From: Candidatus Bathyarchaeia archaeon
GTDB lineage: Archaea; Thermoproteota; Bathyarchaeia; Bathyarchaeales; Bathycorpusculaceae
Direction of reading: 5' to 3'
Assembly: GCA_038883655.1 (NCBI GenBank)
Contig: JAVZLQ010000003.1
Location: 128,001 to 192,000 of the forward strand
DNA: 64,000 nt
The notes below the pieces were generated by a model. It did not search any database. It was given only the letters and a program-made list of their open reading frames with translations, and was not told the origin of the DNA. The translations under genes and the position numbers were made by a program. This document shows positions 30,071-40,552 of the stretch, one piece after another. The first letter of the stretch is position 1. Each line of letters starts with the position of its first letter.

Positions 30071-31525
30071 TCATGCCCCCTCAGCCTTCAAGTAGCGGTC
30101 AATTGAGTTGGCGGCACGCTTTCCAGCGCAAATAGCTTCAATAACTGACGCTGGACCGGTGACAACGTCTCCGCCAGCGAAAACTCCGCGCATACTTGTC
30201 TCCATGGTTATGGGGTTAACCCAAATTGTTCCATCTTCATTAAGAACAACGTCTTTAGGCAGAAACTCTAAGTCTGGGGTCTCGCCAATAGCCAAAATGA
30301 CAGTATCTGCTTTGAAAACAAACTCTGAACCTTCTATTGGCAACGGTTTTCTTCTACCAGACTCGTCTAATTCGCCTAGTTTCATGCGAATAAATTCGAT
30401 GGCTGAAATTCGTCCATCTTCTCCCAGAATCCTCTTCGGAGCCGTTAGAAACTCCATCTTTACGCCTGTTCCTTCCGCTTCTTTAACTTCCCATGGATTT
30501 GCGGGCATTTCAGCCTTTGACCTTCGATAAAATATTGTCACATTTTCTGCACCAAGTTCTAAAGCAGTCCTTGCAGCGTCTACAGCCACGTTTCCGCCGC
30601 CAATAACTGCAACGTTTTTGCCAAGCGCAACGTTTACACCGTTCTTGACACGCCACAGAAAATCTAAAGCGTTAACCACGCCTTCTAGGTCTTCACCCTC
30701 AATTTTAAGCTTCTGACTCTTGTGGGCACCGACACCAACAAAAATAGCCTTATAACTCTTATCCCACAAACTGTTAAAACTTAAGTCCTTACCAACATGC
30801 ACGTTAACCTTAAACTCAACACCTAAATTACTCAAGAAACATAATTCTTCCTCCAAAATATCCCTCGGCAAGCGATGCTCTGGTATGCACTTTCTAAGCA
30901 TCCCCCCCAGTTCTGGCAGAGACTCAAAAACCGTTATTGGATAGCCACGTTGAACAAGTTCATAAGCAACAGTTAAACCTGCGGGTCCAGAGCCCAAAAC
31001 AGCTACTTTACATTCATCGTCTTTTAGCGCCTTTCTTGTTTTTGGTTTAGTGCGCTTGTCTCGAATTTTTTCTAAAATGTCTTGTATGTTAAGTCCGACG
31101 CGTTCTGGATGCAAGCATACAAGTGTGACCACAAGGGGTAATGGGACGTTTCGTGCAACTTTTTGCAAAGCTTTTTCTATGGGATTTAAGCAACCTCGTT
31201 TCACGGCGATTGTTCGCATAACAAGAAAGATTTCCGGAACTTCCAGAGCTTGGGGGCATCGCCTATAACATTTGTAGCACCATGCGCAAAGCCAAAGCTC
31301 ATGTGAAGATAAAGCATCTTCAGCGTTTAAGAAAATTTTTCCAAGAAGCCCTCGTGGATTATAATCTTCGCCGAGCAGTTCAGCCATTGAACAGCTTGCA
31401 GTACAAATGCCACATTCAAAACAGTGCTTAAGCTTTTCAATGTTTAGAAGCCTTCTGATTTCTTCATGCGTTGTGGCTTCCGCAGTAGCCAAGACTTGAG
31501 CCCTCTCATAGTTTGAGTTTTCCAT
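30071..31525 (-). CDS. HdrC-like 2x[4Fe-4S] domain fused to GltD/NfnB-type FAD/NAD(P)H oxidoreductase
   Basis: CFECGICTASC and LWLCAWCYKC...CP; GSGPAG, GGML...IP..RLP, GGGNVAVD, YRRS, FAGGD. Confidence 0.82.
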   Translation of the reverse strand: MENSNYERAQVLATAEATTHEEIRRLLNIEKLKHCFECGICTASCSMAELLGEDYNPRGLLGKIFLNAEDALSSHELWLCAWCYKCYRRCPQALEVPEIFLVMRTIAVKRGCLNPIEKALQKVARNVPLPLVVTLVCLHPERVGLNIQDILEKIRDKRTKPKTRKALKDDECKVAVLGSGPAGLTVAYELVQRGYPITVFESLPELGGMLRKCIPEHRLPRDILEEELCFLSNLGVEFKVNVHVGKDLSFNSLWDKSYKAIFVGVGAHKSQKLKIEGEDLEGVVNALDFLWRVKNGVNVALGKNVAVIGGGNVAVDAARTALELGAENVTIFYRRSKAEMPANPWEVKEAEGTGVKMEFLTAPKRILGEDGRISAIEFIRMKLGELDESGRRKPLPIEGSEFVFKADTVILAIGETPDLEFLPKDVVLNEDGTIWVNPITMETSMRGVFAGGDVVTGPASVIEAICAGKRAANSIDRYLKAEGA

Positions 31526-31629
31526 GGATATAAAGGTTTACAAACGTAAAGGTTTCTAAATAACGCTCAACTCTACAAATGCGCAAGCACATTTTATAAG
31601 CTAAAATGGTGAAAAGAAAGGAAGGTGAA

Positions 31630-32679
31630 ATGCAAATGCGAAAAATAAGGGTTATTTTATTTGGCGTTGGTGCCGTTGGAACGCTGATCGCCAAATTTCT
31701 ATTAGAGAAAGATGGAATCGAAATTGTTGGGGCCGTGGACATCGCGAAAGATAAAGTAGGCAAAGACTTAGGTGAAGTGTTAGGAGTTCAAAGATGTCTT
31801 GGAATAAAGATTTTAAACAATGTGGATGAAGCATTGTCAAAGGTTAAAGCAGATCTGGCAATTCACACAACAACATCCTATCTCAAAGACACGTACCAGC
31901 AAATAGCTTCACTCATAAAAAACAGCGTAAAAGTGATATCCACATGTGAAGAATTAACTTACCCATACTACACCGAGCCAAAACTTGCAAAAGAATTAGA
32001 CGCCCTAGCCAAAAAATACAACACCGCTGTGCTCGGCACGGGCATAAACCCGGGCTTCTTGATGGACACGTTGGTTATAACGTTAACGGCGGTTTGCCAG
32101 AAAATTGAAAAAATAGAGGTGACGCGGGTTATGGACGCGGCAAAAAGGCGGTTACCATTCCAAAAAAAGATAGGCGCCGGACTAACTGTAGAGGAATTTA
32201 ATCAAAGAATAGAAAGCAAACAAATCACTGGGCATGTGGGGCTTGAACAGTCGATAGCCATGATTGCCGATGCCCTTGCATGGAAACTGGACAAAATTAT
32301 AGCCGAACAGGTCGAGCCTGTCATTGCCAAGAAACTGGTAAAAAGCCAATTTATAGAAGTTAAGGCTGGAGAAGTGGCGGGCTTAAAGCAAAAGGCTAAA
32401 GGGATTATGAAGAACAAAGAAGTTATAGTGCTCGAGTTTCAAGCCTATCTAGGCGCTGAAGAGGAGTACGACGCCATAACAATCAAAGGACTTCCAGAAG
32501 TAAGGCAAAAGATACAGCCTTGCGTTCACGGTGACATAGGAACCGTCGCTATGGTTGTAAACGCGATTCCAAAAGTGATTAAGGCGCGTTCAGGATTGTT
32601 GACAATGAAGGATTTGCCAATTCCCTCAGCTGCAACCGAGGATATACGCAATTACATAGGGGATTTGCATAAGAGCTAA
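31630..32679 (+). CDS. 2,4-diaminopentanoate dehydrogenase (Ord)/DapB-like Rossmann oxidoreductase
   Basis: G.GAVG, ISTCEEL.YP, LGTGINPGF.MD, GHVG, GDIGT.A..VN.IP. Confidence 0.75.
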   Translation: MQMRKIRVILFGVGAVGTLIAKFLLEKDGIEIVGAVDIAKDKVGKDLGEVLGVQRCLGIKILNNVDEALSKVKADLAIHTTTSYLKDTYQQIASLIKNSVKVISTCEELTYPYYTEPKLAKELDALAKKYNTAVLGTGINPGFLMDTLVITLTAVCQKIEKIEVTRVMDAAKRRLPFQKKIGAGLTVEEFNQRIESKQITGHVGLEQSIAMIADALAWKLDKIIAEQVEPVIAKKLVKSQFIEVKAGEVAGLKQKAKGIMKNKEVIVLEFQAYLGAEEEYDAITIKGLPEVRQKIQPCVHGDIGTVAMVVNAIPKVIKARSGLLTMKDLPIPSAATEDIRNYIGDLHKS

Positions 32680-32705
32680 TTATTAATGTAGTGCTACTTT
32701 TGCAT

Positions 32706-33179
32706 ATGAAAGGTGATGCTGTGAAGAGCCAGGTGGGTGTTCATCGGAAGGGAGAACTTTCGTTGTTAGACATTTTAAAAGGCGTGAAAAATGAGCCAAG
32801 TTTTAACAAGGCAGGAGCAGTTGCGATGTTTATTGGAGTTGTACGCGGAGAGGGGGCAGAAAACAAAAAAGTTTACAAGCTGGAGCTTGAAGCTTACGAG
32901 GAAAAAGCAAATGAGGTTTTGTTGACAATCTGTAATGATTTAAAGAAAAAACCAGGAATAGTGGATGTGCAAATTCACCACCTACTCGGCGAATTTAATG
33001 TTGGCGAAGATATAGTCTACGTTCTCGTCGCTGGCTCACACCGCGATAACGTATTTCCGGTGCTGAAAGAGGCTGTTGAAAGGTACAAAAGGGAAGCGCC
33101 CATATTCAAAAAAGAGTATCTGATAGATGAAGAGGGAGAAATAACTGCTTGTTGGGTATCCGAGGAAGAGGGAAATTGA
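32706..33179 (+). CDS. moaE: Molybdopterin synthase catalytic subunit
   Basis: GA..MF.G.VR, EAY, H..G...VGE, HR, K...PIFKKE. Start uncertain. Confidence 0.88.
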   Translation: MKGDAVKSQVGVHRKGELSLLDILKGVKNEPSFNKAGAVAMFIGVVRGEGAENKKVYKLELEAYEEKANEVLLTICNDLKKKPGIVDVQIHHLLGEFNVGEDIVYVLVAGSHRDNVFPVLKEAVERYKREAPIFKKEYLIDEEGEITACWVSEEEGN

Positions 33180-33212
33180 GAAATATTATAAGATAAGGTA
33201 CACTTTAAAACT

Positions 33213-33902
33213 ATGATGAAGGAGAGGCAAAACTTGGAAAAGAAAAGTTACGCGTGGTTTGAGAGACGTCGAAGGACAAAGGCGCTGGATTTGGCGCAAG
33301 AACAAATAACAAAGGCTCTTGGCACCGTAACCTTGCTTCATCAAGCAGTAAAGAATATTTCAGAAGCAAAAAGGAAAGAGGCGCTTCAAAGCATCGAAAA
33401 TCTTTTCAAGATGGAGAAGGAGGTAGACGGCTTAAGAACAGAAGTTTTTAAGGAACTGTCTAAGGGCGCCGCGCTCTTTGCGGAATATCGTGAAGATTTG
33501 ATGCACCTCGTAAAGCGCCTTGACACCTTGGCGGATCACGTTAAGGATGTGGCGAGATGTGTGAGGATGCTTTCTGATTCTGACATACCGAAAGAACTAT
33601 GGGATAACACCGTTCGCATGACTTCCACGCTGGTGGAATGCGCTGACGCTTTACGCGGAAGCATTGAAAAGATCACAGCGAACCCTGCTGAAGCCATCCA
33701 CGGGGCAAAGAAAGTGGAGGAAATCGAACACAAAATTGATGAGGAATACTTGAAAACGAAAGCGCTATTCATTAAATATTCGGAGAAAATGAACTGCGGC
33801 GCCATGGTAATTTTCGATGACCTCGTTGAGTTTATCGAGTACGCTGCAGACATGTGTGCAGACACTGCAGATTACATAGTGATACTTGCAAGTCGGGAAT
33901 AA
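33213..33902 (+). CDS. DUF47/PhoU-like phosphate transport regulator
   Basis: Two helical repeats E...D..R / EH.ID, REDL..L...LD..AD, AD...D.AD. Confidence 0.82.
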   Translation: MMKERQNLEKKSYAWFERRRRTKALDLAQEQITKALGTVTLLHQAVKNISEAKRKEALQSIENLFKMEKEVDGLRTEVFKELSKGAALFAEYREDLMHLVKRLDTLADHVKDVARCVRMLSDSDIPKELWDNTVRMTSTLVECADALRGSIEKITANPAEAIHGAKKVEEIEHKIDEEYLKTKALFIKYSEKMNCGAMVIFDDLVEFIEYAADMCADTADYIVILASRE

Positions 33903-33914
33903 GGCGTATCGTGA

Positions 33915-34691
33915 ATGCTGCTCGTTCAAATTTCGGATGTTCACTGTGGACCAATGCTGCGAAGAGAAACCTTACGAAAAGCCATTAAAGAAATTAATGA
34001 GTTATCGCCAAACGTTGTTCTTGTGACAGGCGACTTAACTGAAAATGGCTTAATATCCGAGTTCACTGAAGCCTCAAAAGAATTGAAAAAGCTAAAGGCT
34101 GAAAAGATAATATATTTAAGCGGAAACCATGACTACCGTTCAACTGGCTATTTGCTCTTTCGAGAGTTCTTCCCATTCTCGCAAGTAACTGAAGTCGAAG
34201 ACGCTGTTATCGTGGTTCTTAGCTCTGCAAGACCAGACAGAGACGATGGCGAGGTTGGACATAGACAGAATTTGTGGCTTGAGAAAACCCTTGAAGAATA
34301 TAAGGACAATGTAAAAATAGTTACAATACACCATCACATAATTCCAGTCCCAGATACGGGAGCAGATCAAATAACAATTGTGGATGCTGGCGACGTCCTA
34401 AGAAGCCTAGTAAAATCCAAAGTGGACTTGGTTCTCTGCGGACACCGCCATAGACCATGGCGATGGAAAATTGAGGATATGCTTGTGGTTCATGCGGGAA
34501 GTGTCTCATGCGAAAAGCTTAGGGGTTTCTTTTGCAATTCATACAACGTCGTAGAAATTAAAGGCAAGAAGGTTGATGCCAAACTGAAGATAGTTGATGG
34601 AGGCTACGTAGATTTTAAGGAAATTGTAAAAAGAAGAGAAATCTTACAAGCATCTGACATTTCGCAGTATGGTGATTCCCTTGCCCACTAA
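33915..34691 (+). CDS. Calcineurin-like metallophosphoesterase (Icc/CpdA-like)
   Basis: SDVH, GDLT, GNHD, HHH, GHRH. Confidence 0.9.
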   Translation: MLLVQISDVHCGPMLRRETLRKAIKEINELSPNVVLVTGDLTENGLISEFTEASKELKKLKAEKIIYLSGNHDYRSTGYLLFREFFPFSQVTEVEDAVIVVLSSARPDRDDGEVGHRQNLWLEKTLEEYKDNVKIVTIHHHIIPVPDTGADQITIVDAGDVLRSLVKSKVDLVLCGHRHRPWRWKIEDMLVVHAGSVSCEKLRGFFCNSYNVVEIKGKKVDAKLKIVDGGYVDFKEIVKRREILQASDISQYGDSLAH

Positions 34692-34746
34692 CATAAAATT
34701 AAAGAAAGTGAGGACGATCACTGTTTCGCTTGTCTAATTCAAAAGC

Positions 34747-35031
34747 CTATTTTGTAAGCGTTATTTCCATCGTTGAAACCATTCGCGACCTATTTTGTCC
34801 TTGTTTCGGCGGCATCTCCTCAGTGCCAATAGATATCTTGCTTATCTTCAAGTCTTTCAGAAATCTGTTCCTTACGATTTCCGCAACGTCAACCGCCGTC
34901 GTGATGGCTCGCCCTCGCGCCTTGATGGTTATCTCTTTGGTGTCGGAAGCCGAGAGGCTAGTGATAATGGCCAAAACATAGTTCATTGCAGGCTTTCTTC
35001 CAATTAATATTGTTTCAGATTTTCCAGACAT
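34747..35031 (-). CDS. albA: DNA/RNA-binding protein Alba
   Basis: IGRKP.MNYVLA, KARGRAI..AVDVAE, VST.EI.L. Confidence 0.95.
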   Translation of the reverse strand: MSGKSETILIGRKPAMNYVLAIITSLSASDTKEITIKARGRAITTAVDVAEIVRNRFLKDLKISKISIGTEEMPPKQGQNRSRMVSTMEITLTK

Positions 35032-35064
35032 TAATACATCACCCCGATTTTATCGTTGAACTTT

Positions 35065-35115
35065 TGTGTAACGTTGCTTCTGTTCAGCCCTCTAACAGCA
35101 CAACGTTACCGCACA
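35065..35115 (-). promoter_or_regulatory. Inverted repeat/stem-loop in the putative alba 5' leader
   Basis: GTAACGTTG (35068-76) pairs with CAACGTTAC (35101-09); inner CTGTT/AACAG; TATA-like TTTATAA near 35136-35142. Confidence 0.5.
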
Positions 35116-35292
35116 TCAAGATACGCAAACTTCCTTATAAATACAACGAACACCCGCAATCTTTCAAGATAAAAACACTAAATTGGATATCTCCTCAAGG
35201 TTTTTGAAAATAATGTTTTGCTAGACTTTATTTTCTCTACCCCCTCCCTCTCTGATGCGCTATACGAAGATGTCTCCATGGTTCTGGCAAAG

Positions 35293-35377
35293 TGCGGGGG
35301 GTGGGATTTGAACCCACGAACCCCTATGGGATAGCCGCCTCAGGGCTACGCCTTTGGCCAGGCTTGGCAACCCCCGC
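35293..35377 (-). tRNA. tRNA-Leu (anticodon GAG)
   Basis: Acceptor GCGGGGG/CCCCCGC-A, anticodon arm TAGCC-CT GAG GC-GGCTA, long variable arm, GTGGG TTCAAAT CCCAC. Confidence 0.95.
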
Positions 35378-35454
35378 TTGGTGGTTTACCTTTTTATTTT
35401 CTATTTTTGTTGGAATTAAATGTTGCTTTGGCTGGAAATTGTGTGTTTAGGCTT

Positions 35455-35898
35455 TTAGATTATGCGGAAGTCTTCTTTGATTGTTGTTAGTACTACATGC
35501 GTGTTTGTTCTTTCAACATATGGCAGCGATAGTAAGCGTTTTGTGAACTTGCTTAGTTCTTGGCGATTTTTGAATTTTGCTATTATTATTGCGTCTATTA
35601 ATCCTGTTACGTCGTAGACGCAGCAAACGTTTGGAAGTCTTGCAATTTCATTTTCAACTTCTAACAGTCTTCCCTTTGATACTGTTATTTCGCTGACAAC
35701 TGTTAGTTCATATCCCAGCTTTTCATGGTCAAGTAGGGCTGAGTATCCTTGGATTATTCCTTCGTTTTCCATTCTTTTTATGCGTGATAGAACTGTACCA
35801 ACGGAAACGCCGCACTGGTCGGCTATTTGCCTTGACGAGAGTCTGGCATCAGAAGTTAACGCCTTTAATATTTTAACGTCTGTTTCATCCAGCATCAT
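35455..35898 (-). CDS. Lrp/AsnC transcriptional regulator
   Basis: LDETD.KIL..L..DAR.S...IA HTH; YDVTG..D ligand domain. Confidence 0.92.
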   Translation of the reverse strand: MMLDETDVKILKALTSDARLSSRQIADQCGVSVGTVLSRIKRMENEGIIQGYSALLDHEKLGYELTVVSEITVSKGRLLEVENEIARLPNVCCVYDVTGLIDAIIIAKFKNRQELSKFTKRLLSLPYVERTNTHVVLTTIKEDFRII

Positions 35899-35988
35899 AA
35901 ATTCACCACGCAAACTGCACATTCATTTAGTATATAAACATTTTTATTTAACATTTGCGCTTAATTTCAGAATAAACTTTTTATATTT

Positions 35989-36004
35989 ATAGAAAATATT
36001 CTAT
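35989..36004. promoter_or_regulatory. Candidate Lrp-type operator between divergent lrp and glnA
   Basis: Inverted repeat ATAGAA-AATA-TTCTAT next to TATA-like TTTATATT. Confidence 0.4.
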
Positions 36005-36031
36005 TTATTAAAAATTTGTCCATAGACTCAG

Positions 36032-37432
36032 GTGAACAGCGTGCTACATGTAATGGGGAATTGCGCAAAAAAGTTTGATTTGTGCATTAGGCTTATGAAG
36101 AATGCTGATTACATACTCCTACATTTCACTGACATTTTAGGATATCTTAAGGGTAGAACAATCCCAGCGGAAGAAGGCGAGAACGCCCTAAAAGAAGGCG
36201 TGGGTTTCGACGGTTCCTCGATAGTCGGCGGCGTCGGCATAGAAGAAAGCGACATGATCATGAAGCCTGACCCAGCAACCTTTACGGTTTGTCCACACTA
36301 TTTTTACGACAAAAGCGTTGCAAGCTTCATATGTGACATCTACAGACCGGATGGCAGGCGCTTTGAAGGAGATCCGCGATATATATGCCAGAAAACTGTA
36401 GAAAAAACTTTGAATGAAGGTTACAGACCTACGGCAGCTGCGGAAATAGAGTTCTACCTCGTACAGAAAAATGAGAAAGGCGAAATATATCCTGTTGAAA
36501 ATCATTTGATAGATAAACATAGATATTTTGACATAGCTCCAGATCGGGATTTTACGGAACAATACCGCATGGAACTGTCCAACGCCCTAAGCATAATGGG
36601 AATAACAGTTGAACGACAACACCATGAAGTCGGCTCAGCACAAAACGAAATTACATTTAGATATGCAGATCCATTGACCACCTCTGATAACATAGTTCGC
36701 TATAAGCTTGCGGCAAAAGCCGTAGCTGAAAAGAAATATGGGTGGACAGCAACATTCATGCCAAAGCCGTGGTTTGGAAAGGCAGGAAGCGGCATGCACA
36801 TTCACGTTGGCATTTTTAACGCTAAAACTGGAGCAAACATTTTCTATGACAGAAACGGCTATGCGAATATTTCACAAAAATGCCGATATTTTATAGGCGG
36901 CTTACTTGAACATGCAAGGGCTTTATGCGCCATTGTAGCCCCAACAGTAAACAGCTACAAGAGGCTCGTGCCAGGCTATGAAGCACCAGTTTATGTCACA
37001 TGGAGCAAAAGAAACCGCTCATCACTAATAAGGGTGCCAGAGTATTATCCAGGAAAAGAAAAAGAGGCAAGAATAGAGTTTAGATGTCCAGACCCCCTTT
37101 GCAACCCATATCTCACTTATGCAGCGGTTTTGGAGGCTGGAATGGATGGCATCAAAAGGAAAATTGATCCTGGCGAACCAGTGGAAATGAATGTCTACCG
37201 CTTAAGTGAAGCACAGCGGAAAGCGTTGGGCATAAAGGTTTTGCCAGCTTCCCTCAAAGAGGCGCTGGAGGAATGGAAAAGCGATGAAATTTGTATACGT
37301 GTTTTAGGAAGAGGAAACGCAGAGAAATACTTTGACTTGAAAATGCAAGAGTGGAGGGAATACGAAAAGCACGCTTCTGGGAACGAAGATCGTGTAACGT
37401 CTTGGGAATTGCAGAAGTATCTTTATGCTTAA
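36032..37432 (+). CDS. glnA: Glutamine synthetase type I
   Basis: FTDI.G, FDGSS, E.EF, HHEV...[34 protein letters not shown]. Confidence 0.95.
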   Translation: MNSVLHVMGNCAKKFDLCIRLMKNADYILLHFTDILGYLKGRTIPAEEGENALKEGVGFDGSSIVGGVGIEESDMIMKPDPATFTVCPHYFYDKSVASFICDIYRPDGRRFEGDPRYICQKTVEKTLNEGYRPTAAAEIEFYLVQKNEKGEIYPVENHLIDKHRYFDIAPDRDFTEQYRMELSNALSIMGITVERQHHEVGSAQNEITFRYADPLTTSDNIVRYKLAAKAVAEKKYGWTATFMPKPWFGKAGSGMHIHVGIFNAKTGANIFYDRNGYANISQKCRYFIGGLLEHARALCAIVAPTVNSYKRLVPGYEAPVYVTWSKRNRSSLIRVPEYYPGKEKEARIEFRCPDPLCNPYLTYAAVLEAGMDGIKRKIDPGEPVEMNVYRLSEAQRKALGIKVLPASLKEALEEWKSDEICIRVLGRGNAEKYFDLKMQEWREYEKHASGNEDRVTSWELQKYLYA

Positions 37433-37469
37433 GTATAAGGGTAAGCATGTAATGCAGAAGCGATGCACA

Positions 37470-39014
37470 ATGAAGTATGATACGATACTTGTTCTCGATT
37501 TTGGTGGGCAATACTGTCACCTCATAGGAAGAAGGATAAGGGAAAACGGCGTATACTCGGAAATTGTTACACACGACATAAAACCGAAAGAAATTGAACT
37601 GCTAAAAGAAAAGTTTAACGTAAGAGGATTAATCTTATCGGGTGGGCCAGCAAGCGTTTACGAGGCAAACGCACCAAAAATGGATGAAGGCATCTTGGAT
37701 TTAGGACTGCCAATTTTAGGCTTGTGCTATGGACACCAGCTTATCGCCCAGATTGTGAGTGGAAAGGTTGAAAAGGCAGAAAATAGGGAATACGGAGTAT
37801 CCTATGTGACTGTGGATAAGCCAGCCGGCGTTTTGAAAGGATTAAAGCGAAGAGAAAAAGTTTGGATGAGCCACGGCGACACAGTTTTTGCCCTGCCAAC
37901 GGAATTTGAGGTTTTAGCGCATACGGAAAATTGTCCAGTTGCAGCTTTTAGACATAAGGAAAAGCCCATTTATGGTTTACAATGGCATCCAGAAGTCGTC
38001 CACACAGAAAAAGGCATGCAGATGCTCAGAAACTTCATATTCGAAGTCTGCAAATGCAAAGCAAACTGGAAAATGGAAGACCAAATTGAAAAAATGGTTG
38101 ATGAAATAAAAACGGAAGTCGGCGAGGGAAAAGCAATAATCGCATTAAGCGGTGGCATAGACTCAAGTGTAGCAACAGCGCTTGCAGCAAAGGCAATTGG
38201 TGATAGGCTTACAGCGGTTTTTGTTGATCACGGTTTCATGCGAGAAGGCGAACCAGAATTCGTTAAAGAAGTGTTTGGAAAATTCAAAATAAAACTGATA
38301 ATTGTAAACGCACAAGAAAGGTTTTTAGCAAGGCTTAAAGGCGTTACAGAGCCTGAACAGAAAAGGAAGATCATAGGCGAGGAGTTCATAAGAGTTTTTG
38401 AGGAAGTAGCCGAAAAAACAGGCGCCGATTATCTTATTCAAGGAACAATTTACCCAGACAGAATTGAATCTGGGTTTAGAAAGTTCTCCGACAAGATAAA
38501 GACGCACCATAACGTTGCTGGCTTGCCAACAAAGATGAGGTTCAAAAAGATTGTGGAGCCACTGCGCGACTTGTATAAGGACGAAGTCAGGAGAGTAGCA
38601 AACATACTTGGACTGCCAAAAGAAATCGTTTTCAGACAGCCATTTCCAGGTCCAGGCTTAGCTGTTAGGATAATCGGAGAGTTAACCAAGGAGAAGGTTA
38701 AGATTGCAAAGAAGGCGGACAAAATTGTTGTGGAGGAAATTGAGAAGAGTGGCTTAGCGGAGAACTTGTGGCAGTACTTTGCCGTTTTGACAAATACAAG
38801 GGCTACTGGCGTTAAAGGAGATGCAAGAGCATACGGTTATGTTGTGGCTGTTAGGATCGTGGAAAGCCGCGAGGCAATGACCGCGAACTTTGCGAGAATC
38901 CCTTACGAAGTTTTAGAGAAAATTTCAACACGGATAACCAATGAAATTCCAGAAGTTACGCGTGTTGTTTATGATGTAACGCATAAGCCTCCAGCAACAA
39001 TAGAATGGGAATAA
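37470..39014 (+). CDS. guaA: GMP synthase, fused GATase + ATPPase
   Basis: [39 protein letters not shown]. Confidence 0.95.
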   Translation: MKYDTILVLDFGGQYCHLIGRRIRENGVYSEIVTHDIKPKEIELLKEKFNVRGLILSGGPASVYEANAPKMDEGILDLGLPILGLCYGHQLIAQIVSGKVEKAENREYGVSYVTVDKPAGVLKGLKRREKVWMSHGDTVFALPTEFEVLAHTENCPVAAFRHKEKPIYGLQWHPEVVHTEKGMQMLRNFIFEVCKCKANWKMEDQIEKMVDEIKTEVGEGKAIIALSGGIDSSVATALAAKAIGDRLTAVFVDHGFMREGEPEFVKEVFGKFKIKLIIVNAQERFLARLKGVTEPEQKRKIIGEEFIRVFEEVAEKTGADYLIQGTIYPDRIESGFRKFSDKIKTHHNVAGLPTKMRFKKIVEPLRDLYKDEVRRVANILGLPKEIVFRQPFPGPGLAVRIIGELTKEKVKIAKKADKIVVEEIEKSGLAENLWQYFAVLTNTRATGVKGDARAYGYVVAVRIVESREAMTANFARIPYEVLEKISTRITNEIPEVTRVVYDVTHKPPATIEWE

Positions 39015-39018
39015 TTCC

Positions 39019-39588
39019 TTAATGCTTGAGGAAGGGTTTGTTTTCGGCCCTTAAAATTAAAATGCCAGTTGTTGCTTGGCAGCCAGAACACATCAAAAAA
39101 AGCGGTTCGAAACCGAACTTGCTAACTATGATTACGGAGAACACGGCGGCAAACGCCTCAGTAAAATCGTAAATAGATTCAAATAATCCCAGAAAAAGTC
39201 CTCTGTTGCATGTGTTGCTCACATCGAACATTAGAGCCAACAGCGCTGGACGTTGTAAGGCGTAGGAAAGCCCGTAGAAAAATTCGATTAGGTAAAGCTG
39301 TATTATGTTTAGGGCGAAAATATAGGAAAGCGAACATATGGCGCCAATTGCAACTCCAACAAAGAAAACTTTGCTTTTGCCAAAACTGTCAACAAGTTTT
39401 CCAGCAACCACCTTAAAAACGGCGGTAGTTACACAAAAAATCGCATAAAGCACGCCTAAATCAACAGCAGATGCAGAAAAACGGTTTATTATGAAAATGG
39501 GATATACGGGACCTAGCAAGCCGACTCCCAAAGTGCTTAGAGTACTTAGCGTTGTAACGAAGAGCACTGAAGATTTCCGCATATGCAC
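39019..39588 (-). CDS. Half-size (about 6 TM) MFS-type transporter
   Basis: Motif A-like AGKLVDSFGKSK; RG..LG; 189 aa. Confidence 0.75.
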   Translation of the reverse strand: MHMRKSSVLFVTTLSTLSTLGVGLLGPVYPIFIINRFSASAVDLGVLYAIFCVTTAVFKVVAGKLVDSFGKSKVFFVGVAIGAICSLSYIFALNIIQLYLIEFFYGLSYALQRPALLALMFDVSNTCNRGLFLGLFESIYDFTEAFAAVFSVIIVSKFGFEPLFLMCSGCQATTGILILRAENKPFLKH

Positions 39589-39720
39589 CCACTCTTATGA
39601 AGGATGGAATGCACGCGTTACACGATTGTATTTCAAACATTATAGGGTCGGCTTGCCTCCGTAGAGCAAAATCAAACTTTAAATGGATAAAAATAAGTTT
39701 TTCGCCACCAGATTTGTTGC

Positions 39721-40479
39721 CTAAATCTTTGATTTTTGTAGCAACTCCTCAACTTTAGCCTTCTTTAGTGCATTAACATGCCTCGACAGTTCCTTGACGA
39801 CAGCCTTAAAAACAAGCTTTCCCTTCTCGGCTGATGCAGTTGTGGACTTGCCAAAAACACCCCATGAAGTGTAATCTATTGTGTCAAGCGGAAGCGTAAC
39901 GCCCTCTGCTTTTAACGTACTTTCGCATGGCACATCATCTATGGCTTTGCTCATGTTCACAAGCTTTGGGTTCAAAAACAAATTAATTGATGTTTCCTCG
40001 GCACAGGCATGTTGCCTTTCCTCTTGTTTGAACAGTTCTGGTAGAAGCTTGCTTGCCGCTGTCCACCATTGGAAAATTGATACGAATATTCCGTTTTCCC
40101 TTAATTTTCTGGCTAGATCTATGAGGGCGTTAAGGTTGCCGCCATGCCCATTAACAATGACTATCTTCTTTACGCCATAATAGTTGAGTGACAGGCAAAC
40201 GTCTCTCAAATACTCTTGAAGTGTTTCTGGTTTTATGGAGATTGTTCCCCAAAACTGTTTATGATGCGAGCTGACTCCAAAAGGAATAACTTGGACGCAT
40301 AGGACACCCGTGCGCTTGGCAACTTCCTCCGCCAAAGCCTTTGCTATAAGATGGTCCGTTCCTAAAGGGTTATGTGGTCCATGCTGCTCGTTTGAACCCA
40401 CGGGGATTATAGCGATGTCGCTTTTTTCAAAGTATTCTTTAGCTTCGGTCCAGCTCATCTCATGAAGTAAAACTTTCAT
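39721..40479 (-). CDS. Creatininase family amidohydrolase
   Basis: PVGS.EQHGPH.P..TD, NGHGGN, HA...ETS. Confidence 0.9.
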   Translation of the reverse strand: MKVLLHEMSWTEAKEYFEKSDIAIIPVGSNEQHGPHNPLGTDHLIAKALAEEVAKRTGVLCVQVIPFGVSSHHKQFWGTISIKPETLQEYLRDVCLSLNYYGVKKIVIVNGHGGNLNALIDLARKLRENGIFVSIFQWWTAASKLLPELFKQEERQHACAEETSINLFLNPKLVNMSKAIDDVPCESTLKAEGVTLPLDTIDYTSWGVFGKSTTASAEKGKLVFKAVVKELSRHVNALKKAKVEELLQKSKI

Positions 40480-40552
40480 TATTCTGAGCCTCCATTTTGG
40501 GAATTCTTATATCACATGCATGAGAATATAAGTCTGCAGTTTCAAAATACAG

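Noticed and set aside
35145-35292. Possible sRNA between alba and tRNA-Leu
   Set aside because: No paired C/D boxes or convincing stem found.
39589-39720. Riboswitch upstream of the half-MFS gene
   Set aside because: No recognisable aptamer consensus (fluoride, TPP, FMN) or strong structure.
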